NCBI GenBank assembly: GCA_029779645.1
Contig: JAKPAC010000030.1
Span: forward strand, 19,624 to 83,623
From: Actinomycetes bacterium
GTDB lineage: Bacteria; Actinomycetota; Actinomycetes; Actinomycetales; Microbacteriaceae
Direction of reading: 5' to 3'
Length of the DNA: 64,000 nucleotides
Shown here: positions 8,715-19,093 of the stretch, in pieces
Position numbering within the stretch: the first letter of the stretch is position 1
How the letters are laid out: every line of letters starts with the position of its first letter
The notes under the pieces: model-generated
What the model saw: only the letters and a program-made list of their open reading frames with translations
Told to the model about the DNA's origin: nothing
The model's database searches: none
Position numbers and translations under genes: made by a program

Positions 8715-9320
8715 TCAGGCCGCCGCGGGCTTCTCGCGCGCGGCGAGGATCAGCGCAATGAGGCCGAGCCCGATCGTGCCGAAGACGAAGGCCAGCAGCG
8801 CGAGCCCGCCGAACACAGGGCTCGCGCCCTGCACGCCGGCGGGGCCCAGCGTGAGCGACGTGAGCTGCGGGGCCGCCCACGCCACGGCGTACAGGCCGAA
8901 GGCCCACAGGGGCAGCCAGCGCCACCGGCCCGGCGCGACGCCGGAGCGCACGATCTGCAACGTGCCGATCACGGCGGCCGCGGTCGGCACGACGATCGCG
9001 ACGTAGCTCAGCAGGAGCCAGCCGTTCGCCTCGATCGGGATCACGTAGGTGAACAGCAGCATGAGCCCCGTGAGGGTCAGCGGCCACGCGCCGAGCACGA
9101 TCAGCGCCGTCATGCCCAGCGGCTTTCGCTCGACGAGGCTCGCCGCATGCGTGAATCCGACGGCGAACAGCACGAGCGCCACGGCGTACAGGGCGTCATT
9201 CGTGATCGCCAGCCACCATGCCGCCGGGCCGAGGTCTACGGTGCTCTGCAGGATCCCGATCACGCCGCACGCGATCAGCGCGAGGCCTCCAACGGTCCAG
9301 GTTGCCTGTCGTGGGGTCAT
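8715..9320 (-). CDS. Hypothetical integral membrane protein (about 6 TM)
   Basis: 201-aa ORF with alternating hydrophobic helices and good codon bias. No family recognised. Confidence 0.65.
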   Translation of the reverse strand: MTPRQATWTVGGLALIACGVIGILQSTVDLGPAAWWLAITNDALYAVALVLFAVGFTHAASLVERKPLGMTALIVLGAWPLTLTGLMLLFTYVIPIEANGWLLLSYVAIVVPTAAAVIGTLQIVRSGVAPGRWRWLPLWAFGLYAVAWAAPQLTSLTLGPAGVQGASPVFGGLALLAFVFGTIGLGLIALILAAREKPAAA

Positions 9321-9616
9321 GCCGCCACGCTATCGCGCCGGCGGGATCGCCGCCCGCGTGCTTCGTCGACGGCCGTTGCCATCGTGCCCCCGCGCCCCGG
9401 CGGGCGCCGCGTCGCGGGGGAGGGCGCTGGCGGCGCGCACGGCCGAGCGGCTCGACCTCCTGCGCGAAGCGACGCGGGAGGCCGACGCATCCACCGCCCG
9501 CGCGACCGGGGCAGATCGCGGCCGCATCAGGTGATCGAGGAGTACGATTCCCGTGTCGGCGCGCTCATCGACAAGCTCGATCGGGTGGTCGCCGCGACGA
9601 ACCGGCTGGAGCAGAC

Positions 9617-10075
9617 GTGACCGAGCAGATCAGCGTGACCAGAGCCTTCGACGCACCGCGCGAGCTGGTGTGGCGGGTGGTGACGAGCCGCGAGCACTTC
9701 GCCGAGTGGTTCGGCACCGACGCCGTCGAGGTTCCGCTCGACACCCTCGTGTGGGAGCCGTCGGTCGGGGCCCGCTGGACGGCGCAGATGCGCCTGCCGG
9801 ATGCCTCGATCAAGCACTGGCTCGGCGAGTTCGTCGCGATCGAGCCGCCCGAGCGCTTCGTGTTCAGCCTGACCGACAACCCCGACGAGCCGGATGTGCT
9901 CGCCCCGGTGGCGATCGAGCTTGCCGAGGTCGAGGGCGACGAGGGGCGGCCGCGCACGCGGCTGAGCCTCACCCAGCCCACGCCGGGCTGGCCCGAGGAG
10001 GGCCGCGCCGCGCTGGTGGGTGGCTACAACAGCTTCTTCGACACGATGGCTCGGATCATCGAGCGAGTGCGCTGA
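9617..10075 (+). CDS. SRPBCC / AHSA1 (Aha1-like) domain protein
   Basis: GTG 9617, in frame with track ORF 9218..10075. Typical N-terminus ISVTRAFDAPRELVWRVVTSREHFAEWFG. 152 aa. Confidence 0.75.
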   Translation: MTEQISVTRAFDAPRELVWRVVTSREHFAEWFGTDAVEVPLDTLVWEPSVGARWTAQMRLPDASIKHWLGEFVAIEPPERFVFSLTDNPDEPDVLAPVAIELAEVEGDEGRPRTRLSLTQPTPGWPEEGRAALVGGYNSFFDTMARIIERVR

Positions 10076-10199
10076 CAAGGTGTCGAGTGCCCGTGCCGGG
10101 GCGTGCGCCGCACGCCGACGACAGCGGTTCTCGGCCGCGCGCGTCACGATCCGCGCCGCAGGCGCGATCGGGCGGCCGAACGGGAATACGCTGGCGGGT

Positions 10200-10499
10200 A
10201 TGACCGACCTGACCTTCACGCACGAGCGCGAGCAGTCTCGCTACGCGCTGCGCCGCGGAGATGACCTGCTTGGCGTGCTCGATTACGCGGACGATGGTCA
10301 GACCGTCGCCATGACCCGGGCATTCACGACGCCGTCGTTCCGCGGCAACGGCTACGCCGCTGTGCTCGTCGAGCGCGCCGTCGCCGAGCTCGAGGCGGCG
10401 GGCGACCGGCGCATCCGCCCAGTCTGCTGGTACGTCGCCGAATGGTTCGACGCGCACCCGGAGCGCGCGGGCATCCTGCAGGAGCGCACCGCTTCCTGA
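10200..10499 (+). CDS. Small GNAT-like N-acetyltransferase (YjdJ / Acetyltransf_CG type)
   Basis: 99 aa from ATG 10200. Contains ...FRGNGYAAVLVERAVAELEAAGDRRIRPVCWYV..., typical of the about-100-aa GNAT-like family. Confidence 0.65.
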   Translation: MTDLTFTHEREQSRYALRRGDDLLGVLDYADDGQTVAMTRAFTTPSFRGNGYAAVLVERAVAELEAAGDRRIRPVCWYVAEWFDAHPERAGILQERTAS

Positions 10500-10539
10500 G
10501 CGCAGCACGCGGGATCGCCCCGCAGAAAATGGAGGATCC

Positions 10540-12273
10540 GTGCTCTGGACGCTGATCGCGCGGTTCGTCAAGCCGGCCTGGCCCCTGATCGTGGGCATCA
10601 TCGTCTTTCAGGCCGCGCAGTCGATCGCATCGCTGCTGCTGCCGACGCTGAACGCCGACATCATCGACAAGGGCGTCGTGACCGGTGACATCGGCTACAT
10701 CTGGTCGACCGGCGGGATCATGCTCGCCATCTCGGCCGTGCAGGTGGTGTGCTCGATCGTCGCCGTCTACTTCGGCTCGAGGCTCGCCATGGGCATGGGT
10801 CGCGACCTGCGCGCCGCCCTGTTCAAGCGGGTCGTCGCCTTCTCGCAGAAGGAGGTCGGCGAGTTCGGCGCGCCGTCGCTGATCACCCGCAACACCAACG
10901 ACGTGCAGCAGGTGCAGATGCTCGTGCAGGTCACGGGCACCCTCATGGTCTCGGCGCCGATGCTCGCCATCGGCGGCGTCATCATGGCGATTCGCCAGGA
11001 TGTGGGGCTCTCGTGGCTGATGGCCGTGAGCGTGCCGATCCTGCTCGTGATCGTCGTGCTCGTGATCGTGCGCATGGTGCCAGCGTTCCAGCAGATGCAG
11101 GAGCGGATCGACCGGATCAACCAGATCATGCGCGAGCAGCTCACCGGCATCCGCGTGATCCGCGCCTTCGTGCGCGAGCGCGAGGAGCGCGCCCGCTTCG
11201 ACGTCGCCAGCATGGGCGTCGCCGAGACCGGCGTCCGCGCCGGCAACCTGATGGCGTTCATGTTCCCGGCGATCATGCTCGTGATGAACGTCTCGAGCAT
11301 CGCGGTGATCTGGTTCGGCGGCATCCAGGTGCAAGGCGGTCAGACCGAGATCGGCACCCTGTTCGCGTTCCTGCAGTACATCATGCAGGTGCTGATGGGC
11401 GTCATGATGGCGGCCTTCATGTTCATCATGATCCCGCGCGCCTCGGTCTGCGCCGACCGCATCGGCGCGGTGCTCGACACCGAGACCTCGGTGCTGGCCC
11501 CCGCCGAGCCGCTGCACGCCGGCGTGCGCGGCGGCGAGATCGTGTTCGATGACGTCACCTTCAGCTACCCGGGCGCCGAGCAGCCCGTGCTGCACAGCAT
11601 CTCGTTCACCGTCGCCCCCGGCACCACCACCGCCATCATCGGATCGACCGGCTCGGGCAAGTCGACCCTCATCGGGCTGGTGCCGCGCCTGTTCGACGTG
11701 ACCGAGGGCGCGGTGCGCGTCGACGGCGCCGATGTGCGCGAGCTCGACCCCGACGAGCTCTGGGCTCGCATCGGGCTCGTCCCGCAGCGGGCGTTCCTGT
11801 TCTCGGGGACCATCGCGTCGAACCTGCGCTACGGCAAGGACGACGCCACCGAGGAAGAGATGTGGCGCGCGCTCGAGATCGCGCAGGCGCGCGACTTCGT
11901 CGAGAAGATGCCCGGTGGGCTCCAGGCATCCATCGCCCAGGGCGGCACGAACGTGTCGGGCGGCCAGCGGCAGCGGCTGGCGATCGCGCGGGCGCTGATG
12001 AAGCACCCCGAGATCTACATCTTCGACGACTCGTTCTCGGCGCTCGATGTGGCGACGGATGCCGCGCTCCGGCGCGCGCTGTCGCACCACGTGCCGCACT
12101 CCACCCGCCTGATCGTCGCGCAGCGGGTCAGCACCATTCGCGAGGCCGACCAGATCGTGGTGCTCGACCACGGCGACGTCGTCGGGCTCGGCACGCACGA
12201 CGAGCTGCTGGGCACGTGCGAGACGTACCGTGAGATCGTCGAGTCGCAGGAAAGCGTGGAGGCCTCCGCATGA
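10540..12273 (+). CDS. ABC exporter, fused permease/ATPase (heterodimer subunit 1)
   Basis: GTG start after GGAGGA. Six TM helices, then Walker A GSTGSGKST, signature VSGGQRQRLAIARAL, Walker B IYIFDDSFSALD. Confidence 0.9.
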   Translation: MLWTLIARFVKPAWPLIVGIIVFQAAQSIASLLLPTLNADIIDKGVVTGDIGYIWSTGGIMLAISAVQVVCSIVAVYFGSRLAMGMGRDLRAALFKRVVAFSQKEVGEFGAPSLITRNTNDVQQVQMLVQVTGTLMVSAPMLAIGGVIMAIRQDVGLSWLMAVSVPILLVIVVLVIVRMVPAFQQMQERIDRINQIMREQLTGIRVIRAFVREREERARFDVASMGVAETGVRAGNLMAFMFPAIMLVMNVSSIAVIWFGGIQVQGGQTEIGTLFAFLQYIMQVLMGVMMAAFMFIMIPRASVCADRIGAVLDTETSVLAPAEPLHAGVRGGEIVFDDVTFSYPGAEQPVLHSISFTVAPGTTTAIIGSTGSGKSTLIGLVPRLFDVTEGAVRVDGADVRELDPDELWARIGLVPQRAFLFSGTIASNLRYGKDDATEEEMWRALEIAQARDFVEKMPGGLQASIAQGGTNVSGGQRQRLAIARALMKHPEIYIFDDSFSALDVATDAALRRALSHHVPHSTRLIVAQRVSTIREADQIVVLDHGDVVGLGTHDELLGTCETYREIVESQESVEASA

Positions 12274-14300
12274 GCGAACAGGAACAGCTCGGCGCCGAGC
12301 CCGAGGCCGAGCGCGAGATCCCGCGCCCCCAGCCCACCCGCGGCCCCGGCAGCCACGGCATGGGGCGCGGCCCGGTCGAGAAGGCGAAGAACTTCGGGCC
12401 CTCGGCCAAGCGCCTGCTGGGCACGCTGCGGCAGGACGCCTCCAAGATCGTCGTCGTCATCGTCTTCGGCGTGCTCAGCGTCGGACTGACGGTGCTCGGC
12501 CCCAAGCTGCTCGGCGAGGGCACGAACGTCGTGTTCGCCGGCTTCATCTCGCTGCAGTTCCCCGCCGGCACCTCAAAGCAGACCGTGATCGACAAGCTCG
12601 TCGCCGCCGGGCAGACGACGCAGGCCGACATGCTCCGCGCCATGGACTTCGTGCCCGGCGCGGGCATCGACTTCACGAAGCTCACCTGGATTCTGATCGC
12701 GGTGCTCGCCGTGTACTCGATCGGCAGCATCTTCTCGTACTTCCAGTCGCGCATCCTCAACTACGTCGTGCAGGGCGCCATGCACCGCCTCCGCGTGCAG
12801 GTCGAGACGAAGCTGCACACCCTGCCGCTGAGCTACTTCGACCGCGTCCAGCGCGGCGAGCTGCTCAGCCGCGTCACCAACGACGTCGACAACATCGGCC
12901 AGTCGCTGCAGCAGTCGCTCTCGCAGGTGATCTCGTCGCTGCTGACGGTGATCGGCGTGCTCCTGATGATGTTCCTGATCTCGCCGCTGCTGGCGGGCAT
13001 CGCCCTCGTCACCATCCCGCTCACGCTCGTGATCACGGTGGTGGTGGCCAAGCGCTCGCAGCGCCTGTTCATCGCGCAGTGGAAGCAGACCGGCATCCTG
13101 AACGCCCGCGTCGAGGAGACCTTCTCGGGCCACGCCGTCGTCAAGGTGTTCGGGCACCAGCGCCGCGTCGAGGCCGCGTTCGACGCCGAGAACGAGCGCG
13201 TCTACACGGCGAGCTTCGGCGCGCAGTTCGTCTCGGGCATCATCATGCCGTCGATGACGTTCGTCGGAAACCTGGTCTACGTCGCCATCGCGGTGGTCGG
13301 CGGCATCCAGGTGGCCTCCGGGCAGATGTCGATCGGCAACGTGCAGGCCTTCATCCAGTACTCGCGCCAGTTCACGCAGCCGCTCAGCCAGCTCGGCTCC
13401 ATGGCGAACCTGCTGCAGTCGGGCGTGGCGAGCGCCGAGCGCGTGTTCGAGCTGCTCGACCAGCCCGAGCAGACCCCGGATGCCTCGCCCGCCGAGACCG
13501 TCTCGCCGAAGGCGAGCCACCTCGAGTTTCACGACGTCTCGTTCGCGTACTCGCCCGAGAAGCCGCTCATCCAGGGGCTCAGCCTCGAGGCGCGGCCGGG
13601 CAGCACCGTCGCGATCGTCGGGCCGACCGGCGCGGGCAAGACGACGCTCGTCAACCTCATCATGCGCTTCTACGACATCGACTCGGGCTCGATCACGCTG
13701 GGTCGCAGCGAGGATGCCGAGACCGCGGTCGACACGCGCCGCATGACGCGCGACGACCTGCGCTCGCGCACGGGCATGGTGCTGCAAGACACGTGGCTCT
13801 TCTCGGGCACGATCCGCGAGAACATCATGTACGGGCGGCCCGACGCCACCGAGGAGGAGATGGTGGCCGCGGCATCCGCGGCCTACGTCGACCGCTTCGT
13901 GCACGCGCTGCCCGACGGCTACGAGACCATGCTCGACGACGAGGCCACCAACCTCAGCGTCGGCGAGCGGCAGCTCGTGACCATCGCCCGCGCGTTCCTC
14001 GCCGACCCGAGGCTGCTGATCCTCGACGAGGCGACGTCCTCGGTCGACACCCGCACCGAGCTGCTGATCCAGCGCGCCATGTCGCAGCTGCGCCGCAACC
14101 GCACGGCGTTCGTGATCGCGCACCGCCTGTCGACGATCCGCGACGCCGAGCTGATCCTCGTGATGGAGGACGGCGCGATCGTCGAGCAGGGCAGCCATGA
14201 CGAGCTGATCGCCGCGCAGGGCGCGTACTGGCGGCTCTACAACGCGCAGTTCGCGGCGCCGATGGACAGCGACGAGGAGCAGGAGGCGGTGCAGGCGTAG
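12270..14300 (+). CDS. ABC exporter, fused permease/ATPase (heterodimer subunit 2)
   Basis: ATGA overlap with subunit 1. Walker A GPTGAGKTT, signature LSVGERQLVTIARAF, Walker B LLILDEATSSVD. Confidence 0.9.
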   Translation: MSEQEQLGAEPEAEREIPRPQPTRGPGSHGMGRGPVEKAKNFGPSAKRLLGTLRQDASKIVVVIVFGVLSVGLTVLGPKLLGEGTNVVFAGFISLQFPAGTSKQTVIDKLVAAGQTTQADMLRAMDFVPGAGIDFTKLTWILIAVLAVYSIGSIFSYFQSRILNYVVQGAMHRLRVQVETKLHTLPLSYFDRVQRGELLSRVTNDVDNIGQSLQQSLSQVISSLLTVIGVLLMMFLISPLLAGIALVTIPLTLVITVVVAKRSQRLFIAQWKQTGILNARVEETFSGHAVVKVFGHQRRVEAAFDAENERVYTASFGAQFVSGIIMPSMTFVGNLVYVAIAVVGGIQVASGQMSIGNVQAFIQYSRQFTQPLSQLGSMANLLQSGVASAERVFELLDQPEQTPDASPAETVSPKASHLEFHDVSFAYSPEKPLIQGLSLEARPGSTVAIVGPTGAGKTTLVNLIMRFYDIDSGSITLGRSEDAETAVDTRRMTRDDLRSRTGMVLQDTWLFSGTIRENIMYGRPDATEEEMVAAASAAYVDRFVHALPDGYETMLDDEATNLSVGERQLVTIARAFLADPRLLILDEATSSVDTRTELLIQRAMSQLRRNRTAFVIAHRLSTIRDAELILVMEDGAIVEQGSHDELIAAQGAYWRLYNAQFAAPMDSDEEQEAVQA

Positions 14301-14381
14301 CCGTGCATCATCCAAACGGTTGAAGCGGGGCTCGTCCGCCCGCGTGATCCGCGCGGCCGCCCCGCACGGTGGACTCGAGGC

Positions 14382-16577
14382 ATGCCCAACACTCGTACCT
14401 CCGCCGGGTTCGCCGCACGCCTCACCTCGCGCCGTGGCGCCTGGACATCGATCCTGCTCGCGGTGCTCGCGATCGTCGGGGTCTTCGGTGTGCTGAGCGG
14501 CGCCAGCGCCCCCAGCGGCAATGACGCGGCGCCGCCGAGCTCCGAGTCGGCGGCCGTCACAGCGGCGCTCGCCGAGTTCGACGAGGGCACGAAGCAGACG
14601 CTGCTCCTGGTCGCCAGCCGCGATGACGGCGCGGCGCTCACCGAGGCCGACCTCGCGGGCGTCGGCGCGCTGGCCGCGCTGCTGGACGAGCAGACCGGTT
14701 ACACCGCCTCGCGGCCCTTCGCGAGCGAGGACGGGCTGGCCGCGGTCATGCAGACCTCGATCATGCCGGGCGCCGACAACGGCGAGACCGCCGAGACCGT
14801 GGGCATCTTGCGCGACATCGTGGCGGAGCATCCCGTCGACGGCGTCACCGTGCTCGTCACCGGCGGCCCCGCCTTCGGCGCCGACATCGTCGGGGCGTTC
14901 GCGGGCGCCGATCTGACGCTCCTGCTGGTGACCATCGGCATCGTCGCGCTCCTGCTGATTCTCACCTACCGCTCGCCGATCCTGTGGATCGTGCCGCTCG
15001 TCGTGATCGCGATCGCCGACCGGATGGCGAGCCTGGTCACCTCCATCGTCGGCACCGCACTCGAGCTGCAGTTCGATTCGGGCATCGTCAGCGTGCTCGT
15101 GTTCGGCGCCGGCACGAACTACGCGCTGCTGCTGATCTCGCGCTATCGGGAGGAGCTGGGGCGCACCTCCGACCACCGGGCCGCGCTCGCGAGCGCCTGG
15201 CGGCACACCGCCCCCGCGATCCTCGCCTCGGGCCTCACGGTCGTGCTCTCGCTCGCGACGCTCGTGTTCGCCGTGATCCCCGGCACGCGCGGCCTCGGGG
15301 TCTCGTCCGCGCTCGGCCTGCTGATCGCCCTCGCGTTCGGGCTGCTGGTGCTGCCACCCGTGCTGGCAGTGTGCGGGCGCGGCATCTTCTGGCCGCTCGT
15401 GCCCAAGCCGGGGCAGCACCGGGTGCAGGGCCGGGCGTGGCGAGCGGTCGCGGCTCGCGTCGTCGCCCGACCGGTCGTGGCGCTCGTCGCCGCTGGTGCG
15501 CTGCTCGCGATCATGGCCACTGGCCTCATCGGCACCTCGGTGGGTCTCAGCCAGTCCGAGAAGTTCCGTGTCGCCTCCGAATCGGCGGCGGGCCTGGAGG
15601 TGCTCGGCGAGCACTTCCCCGCCGGTGAGGCGCAGCCGATGGTCGTCATCGCGAACACCGCCGCGGCCGACGAGGTGGTCGCCGCCGCCGGCGAGGTCGA
15701 CGGCGTGCTGCGCGTCACCGCGGTCGGCGAGAGCCGCGACGGCGCACTCACCCGCATCGTCATCACCGGCGAGCCGGCGCCCAGCACCCCCGAGAGCCTT
15801 GCCCTCGTCGACAGGCTGCGCACGACGCTGCACGCCATCGACGGCGCCGACGCGCTCGTGGGCGGCGCCGTTGCGACCGACGTCGACGCTCGCGAGGGCA
15901 ACCAGCGCGACCTGCTGGTGATCGCTCCGCTCGTGCTGCTGGTCAGCTTCGTCGTCCTGCTGGTCCTGCTGCGATCGCTGGTCGCGCCCATCGTGCTGAT
16001 GCTCGTGAACCTCGCCAGCGCGGTCGCGGCGATCGGCGCCGGGGCGTGGCTGAGCCGCGTGCTGTTCGGGCAGGAGGCACTCGACCTGCAGGTGCCGCTG
16101 CTCGCCTTCCTCTTCCTCGTCGCGCTCGGTATCGACTACACGATCTTCCTGGTGCACCGCGCGCGCGCCGAGGCGGCAAGCCTTGGCACGAAGCAGGGCA
16201 TGGTGGCGGCGGTCGCTGGCACGGGCGGCGTGATCACGAGCGCCGGCATCGTGCTCGCCGCGGTCTTCGCGGCCCTCGGGGTGCTGCCGCTGGTCACGCT
16301 CGGCCAGATCGGCCTGATCGTCGGGCTCGGCGTCGTCGTCGACACGTTCGTCGTGCGCACGATCGTCGTGCCGGCGCTGTTCAGCCTGCTGGGCCGGCGC
16401 ATCTGGTGGCCGGGCCGGGTGCCCGGAGCGGTGCCGGCCGGCGCCGGCGATCCGCGCGCGGGGATGGGCCGGGGCGCGGACGCGGTCGAAGACGCGGATG
16501 CGCGCGATGCGGCCGCCGCGGGCCTCGGCGGGGCAGAATCGAAGCATGTCGAACCCCGCGCAGACGCGCTCGCCTAG
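14382..16577 (+). CDS. MMPL-family (RND superfamily) membrane transporter
   Basis: 731 aa with two 6-TM bundles separated by soluble domains, and the characteristic LLLISRYREEL motif. Confidence 0.85.
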   Translation: MPNTRTSAGFAARLTSRRGAWTSILLAVLAIVGVFGVLSGASAPSGNDAAPPSSESAAVTAALAEFDEGTKQTLLLVASRDDGAALTEADLAGVGALAALLDEQTGYTASRPFASEDGLAAVMQTSIMPGADNGETAETVGILRDIVAEHPVDGVTVLVTGGPAFGADIVGAFAGADLTLLLVTIGIVALLLILTYRSPILWIVPLVVIAIADRMASLVTSIVGTALELQFDSGIVSVLVFGAGTNYALLLISRYREELGRTSDHRAALASAWRHTAPAILASGLTVVLSLATLVFAVIPGTRGLGVSSALGLLIALAFGLLVLPPVLAVCGRGIFWPLVPKPGQHRVQGRAWRAVAARVVARPVVALVAAGALLAIMATGLIGTSVGLSQSEKFRVASESAAGLEVLGEHFPAGEAQPMVVIANTAAADEVVAAAGEVDGVLRVTAVGESRDGALTRIVITGEPAPSTPESLALVDRLRTTLHAIDGADALVGGAVATDVDAREGNQRDLLVIAPLVLLVSFVVLLVLLRSLVAPIVLMLVNLASAVAAIGAGAWLSRVLFGQEALDLQVPLLAFLFLVALGIDYTIFLVHRARAEAASLGTKQGMVAAVAGTGGVITSAGIVLAAVFAALGVLPLVTLGQIGLIVGLGVVVDTFVVRTIVVPALFSLLGRRIWWPGRVPGAVPAGAGDPRAGMGRGADAVEDADARDAAAAGLGGAESKHVEPRADALA

Positions 16578-17844
16578 CGACCGGCCCGCGTCGCTGCGCG
16601 GCGGCGTCGCGGTGATGCTGCGCTCGATGCAGGTCGGGCAGCTCGTCATCGCCGCGGTGCTCGTGTGCATCGGCGCGGTGCGCGCGATCGCCGACGGCAC
16701 CCCGGTGGTGCTCGCGGTGGCGGCGTCGCTCGTCTTCGCCGGCTGGTACTTCGGCGGCATCGTGCTCACCACGCGCGCGCACGATCAGCGCATCAGCATC
16801 GGGTGGATGCTCGGGCTCGTGGTGATCTGGGCCGGAGCCGTGACCATCTCGGTCGAGTTCATCTGGCTCGCGTTCGCGCTCTGGCTCCTCGGCGGGCTCA
16901 TCCTGCGGGTGCGCTGGGCGATCGTCTATTCGCTCGCCGTGTTCGCCGTGGTGGTGATCGCGCCGATCGCGCATCACGGCACGATCGCCTTCGCGAACGT
17001 GATCGGCCCGCTCGTGGGCGGCCTCTTCGCGTTCGGCGTCTCGCGCGGCTACCTCGAGATGGTGCGCGACTCGCAGGAGCGCCAGCGCCTCGTCGAGTCG
17101 CTGATGCACGCGCAGACCGAGATGGCTGAGCTGCAGCAGGAGCTCGCCCGCACGCAGCGGGAATCCGGGGCGATCGCCGAGCGCACCCGGCTCTCGCGCG
17201 ACATCCACGACACGATCGCGCAGGGCTTCACCTCGATCGGCCTGCTCGCCCGCGGCGCGCTGCAGCAGGAGGGGACGCAGTCGGACGCGCGGCACGGCGG
17301 GGCCGCTGCCGCTCGGGTGCTCCAGCAGATCGACGCGCTCGCGCGCGACAGCCTCGTCGATGTGCGGCGCATCGTGGCGGCGCTCGCGCCCGCAGAGCTC
17401 GACGAGGGGGCGCTCGCCGGTGCCATCGCGCGCATGCTCGAGCGCATCGAGGCCGAGACCGGCATCGCGACCGAGCTGCGGGTGGATGCGCCGTTCCCGG
17501 CGCTGCCGACGGCGGTCGAGGTCGCCCTGCTGCGCACCGCACAGTCCGCACTTGCGAACGTGCGCCAGCACGCCGCCGCGACGCGCGTGGTCGTGAGCCT
17601 CGCCGACGCCGAGCACACGGTGCGGCTCGACATCGTCGACGACGGGCGCGGGTTCGATGTGCGCAGCTGGGATCGCGCCGGCCGCACGCTCGGCGCGAGC
17701 GGCTACGGCCTGCACTCGATGCGCGATCGGCTGCGCGAGCTCGGCGGCGGGCTCGAGGTCGAGAGCGCGCCGGGCGACGGCACCGCGCTCTCGGCGTTCG
17801 CGCCGTACGCGCAGATCACCCGACGCGACGCCGAGGAGGGCTGA
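16546..17844 (+). CDS. Sensor histidine kinase (HisKA_3 / NarX-LiaS type)
   Basis: Membrane N-terminus, H-box [13 protein letters not shown], and HATPase region DDGRGF...[16 protein letters not shown]. Start is uncertain: ATG 16546 is preferred, with in-frame ATGs at 16498 and 16507. It overlaps the MMPL 3' end. Confidence 0.85.
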   Translation: MSNPAQTRSPSDRPASLRGGVAVMLRSMQVGQLVIAAVLVCIGAVRAIADGTPVVLAVAASLVFAGWYFGGIVLTTRAHDQRISIGWMLGLVVIWAGAVTISVEFIWLAFALWLLGGLILRVRWAIVYSLAVFAVVVIAPIAHHGTIAFANVIGPLVGGLFAFGVSRGYLEMVRDSQERQRLVESLMHAQTEMAELQQELARTQRESGAIAERTRLSRDIHDTIAQGFTSIGLLARGALQQEGTQSDARHGGAAAARVLQQIDALARDSLVDVRRIVAALAPAELDEGALAGAIARMLERIEAETGIATELRVDAPFPALPTAVEVALLRTAQSALANVRQHAAATRVVVSLADAEHTVRLDIVDDGRGFDVRSWDRAGRTLGASGYGLHSMRDRLRELGGGLEVESAPGDGTALSAFAPYAQITRRDAEEG

Positions 17845-17845
17845 C

Positions 17846-18466
17846 GTGGCCATCACCGTGCTCCTGGTCGACGACCACCCGATCGTGCGCGGCGGGCTGC
17901 GCGCGCTGTTCGAGCAGCACGGCGACGTCGAGATCATCGGCGAGGCGGCATCCGGCGAGGAGGCCGTCACGCTCGCGGCGCACCTGCGCCCCGACGTCGT
18001 GCTGTGCGACCTGCGGCTCGGCGACGGCATGGACGGCGTGCAGACCACCGCGGCGCTGCGGGCGGAGCATCCCGCGCCCGCCGTGATCATCCTGACGACC
18101 TTCGATCGGGATGCCGAGATCATCGGCGCGATCGAGGCGGGGGCGGCCGGCTACCTGCTGAAGGACGTCTCGCCCGAGACGATCCTGCACTCGATCAAGG
18201 AGGCGGCGGCCGGGCGCATCGTGCTCGCACCCGAGATGGCGCAGCGCGTCGTGCAGGGCATGCGCCGGCCCCGGGTGCACCTGACCGAGCGCGAGCTCGA
18301 CGTGCTTCGCCTCCTCGGCGAGGGAGCGTCCAATCGCGAGATCGCCCGCACGCTGTTCGTGTCGGAGGCGACGGTGAAGACCCACCTCGGCAACCTGTTC
18401 GCCAAGCTCGGTGTCGAGAGCCGCGCGAAGGCCGTCACGCACGCGCGCGAGCTCGGCCTGCTCTGA
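17846..18466 (+). CDS. Response regulator, NarL/LuxR family
   Basis: GTG 17846, one nt after the kinase stop. Receiver [11 protein letters not shown]...CDLRLGDG..., and C-terminal Lux[40 protein letters not shown]. Confidence 0.9.
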   Translation: MAITVLLVDDHPIVRGGLRALFEQHGDVEIIGEAASGEEAVTLAAHLRPDVVLCDLRLGDGMDGVQTTAALRAEHPAPAVIILTTFDRDAEIIGAIEAGAAGYLLKDVSPETILHSIKEAAAGRIVLAPEMAQRVVQGMRRPRVHLTERELDVLRLLGEGASNREIARTLFVSEATVKTHLGNLFAKLGVESRAKAVTHARELGLL

Positions 18467-18607
18467 CGCGGCGTCGAATCTGCGCCAGAGCGGCCCGGGG
18501 CGTTGCGGTGGCCCCGCGGCCTGGCCAGGATGAGGGTGCTTCAACCATTCGGCTGATCCGTGGTCGCCTGTGTTGCTGCAGACTGCAGATGACCTTGGGA
18601 GGATTGT

Positions 18608-19093
18608 ATGAAGAAGCTGTTCTACGCGGCGTTCACCTACATGCTGGTGGGTGTCGTCTCGGGCCTGTTCTACCGCGAGTTCACGAAGCTCAATGACTTC
18701 GCGCTCGGCGAGTACACGCAGCTGGGCGTGGTGCACACGCACCTGCTCACCCTCGGCTTCATCATCCTGCTCGTCGTGCTCGCGCTCGAGAAGCTCTTCG
18801 GCCTCTCGCGCAGCCGCCTGTTCAACTGGTTCTTCTGGGTGTACAACGCAGGCATCATCCTCACCGCGGCCATGATGATCTGGCACGGCTCGCTCACCGT
18901 GCTCGGTCAGGAGGGCAACGGCATGATCTCGGGCATCGCGGGGCTCGGCCACATCCTGCTCACCGCGGGCATGGTGCTGCTGTTCCTCAGCCTGCGGCGC
19001 GGCCTGGTGCTCGACGGAGTGATCCACGACCCGGCGAGCGCATACGCGGCGAAGACCGACGCGGCGAGCGCGCGCGCGGGAGCGGGTGCCTGA
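18608..19093 (+). CDS. DUF2871-family membrane protein
   Basis: 161 aa, MKKLFYAAFTYMLVGVVSGLFYREFTK...VHTHLLTLGF. Assignment from memory of the family. The stop overlaps the next start. Confidence 0.7.
   Translation: MKKLFYAAFTYMLVGVVSGLFYREFTKLNDFALGEYTQLGVVHTHLLTLGFIILLVVLALEKLFGLSRSRLFNWFFWVYNAGIILTAAMMIWHGSLTVLGQEGNGMISGIAGLGHILLTAGMVLLFLSLRRGLVLDGVIHDPASAYAAKTDAASARAGAGA

Noticed and set aside
12573-16772. Very long antisense ORFs, for example 12573..16772(-) at 1399 aa, 3456..5588(-), 18907..22212(-), 22209..25463(-) and 58992..63524(-).
   Set aside because: They lie opposite genes with clear family motifs, are extremely Arg/Gly/Pro/Asp-rich, and have no recognisable domains. This is the usual stop-codon-poor antisense frame in high-G+C DNA.
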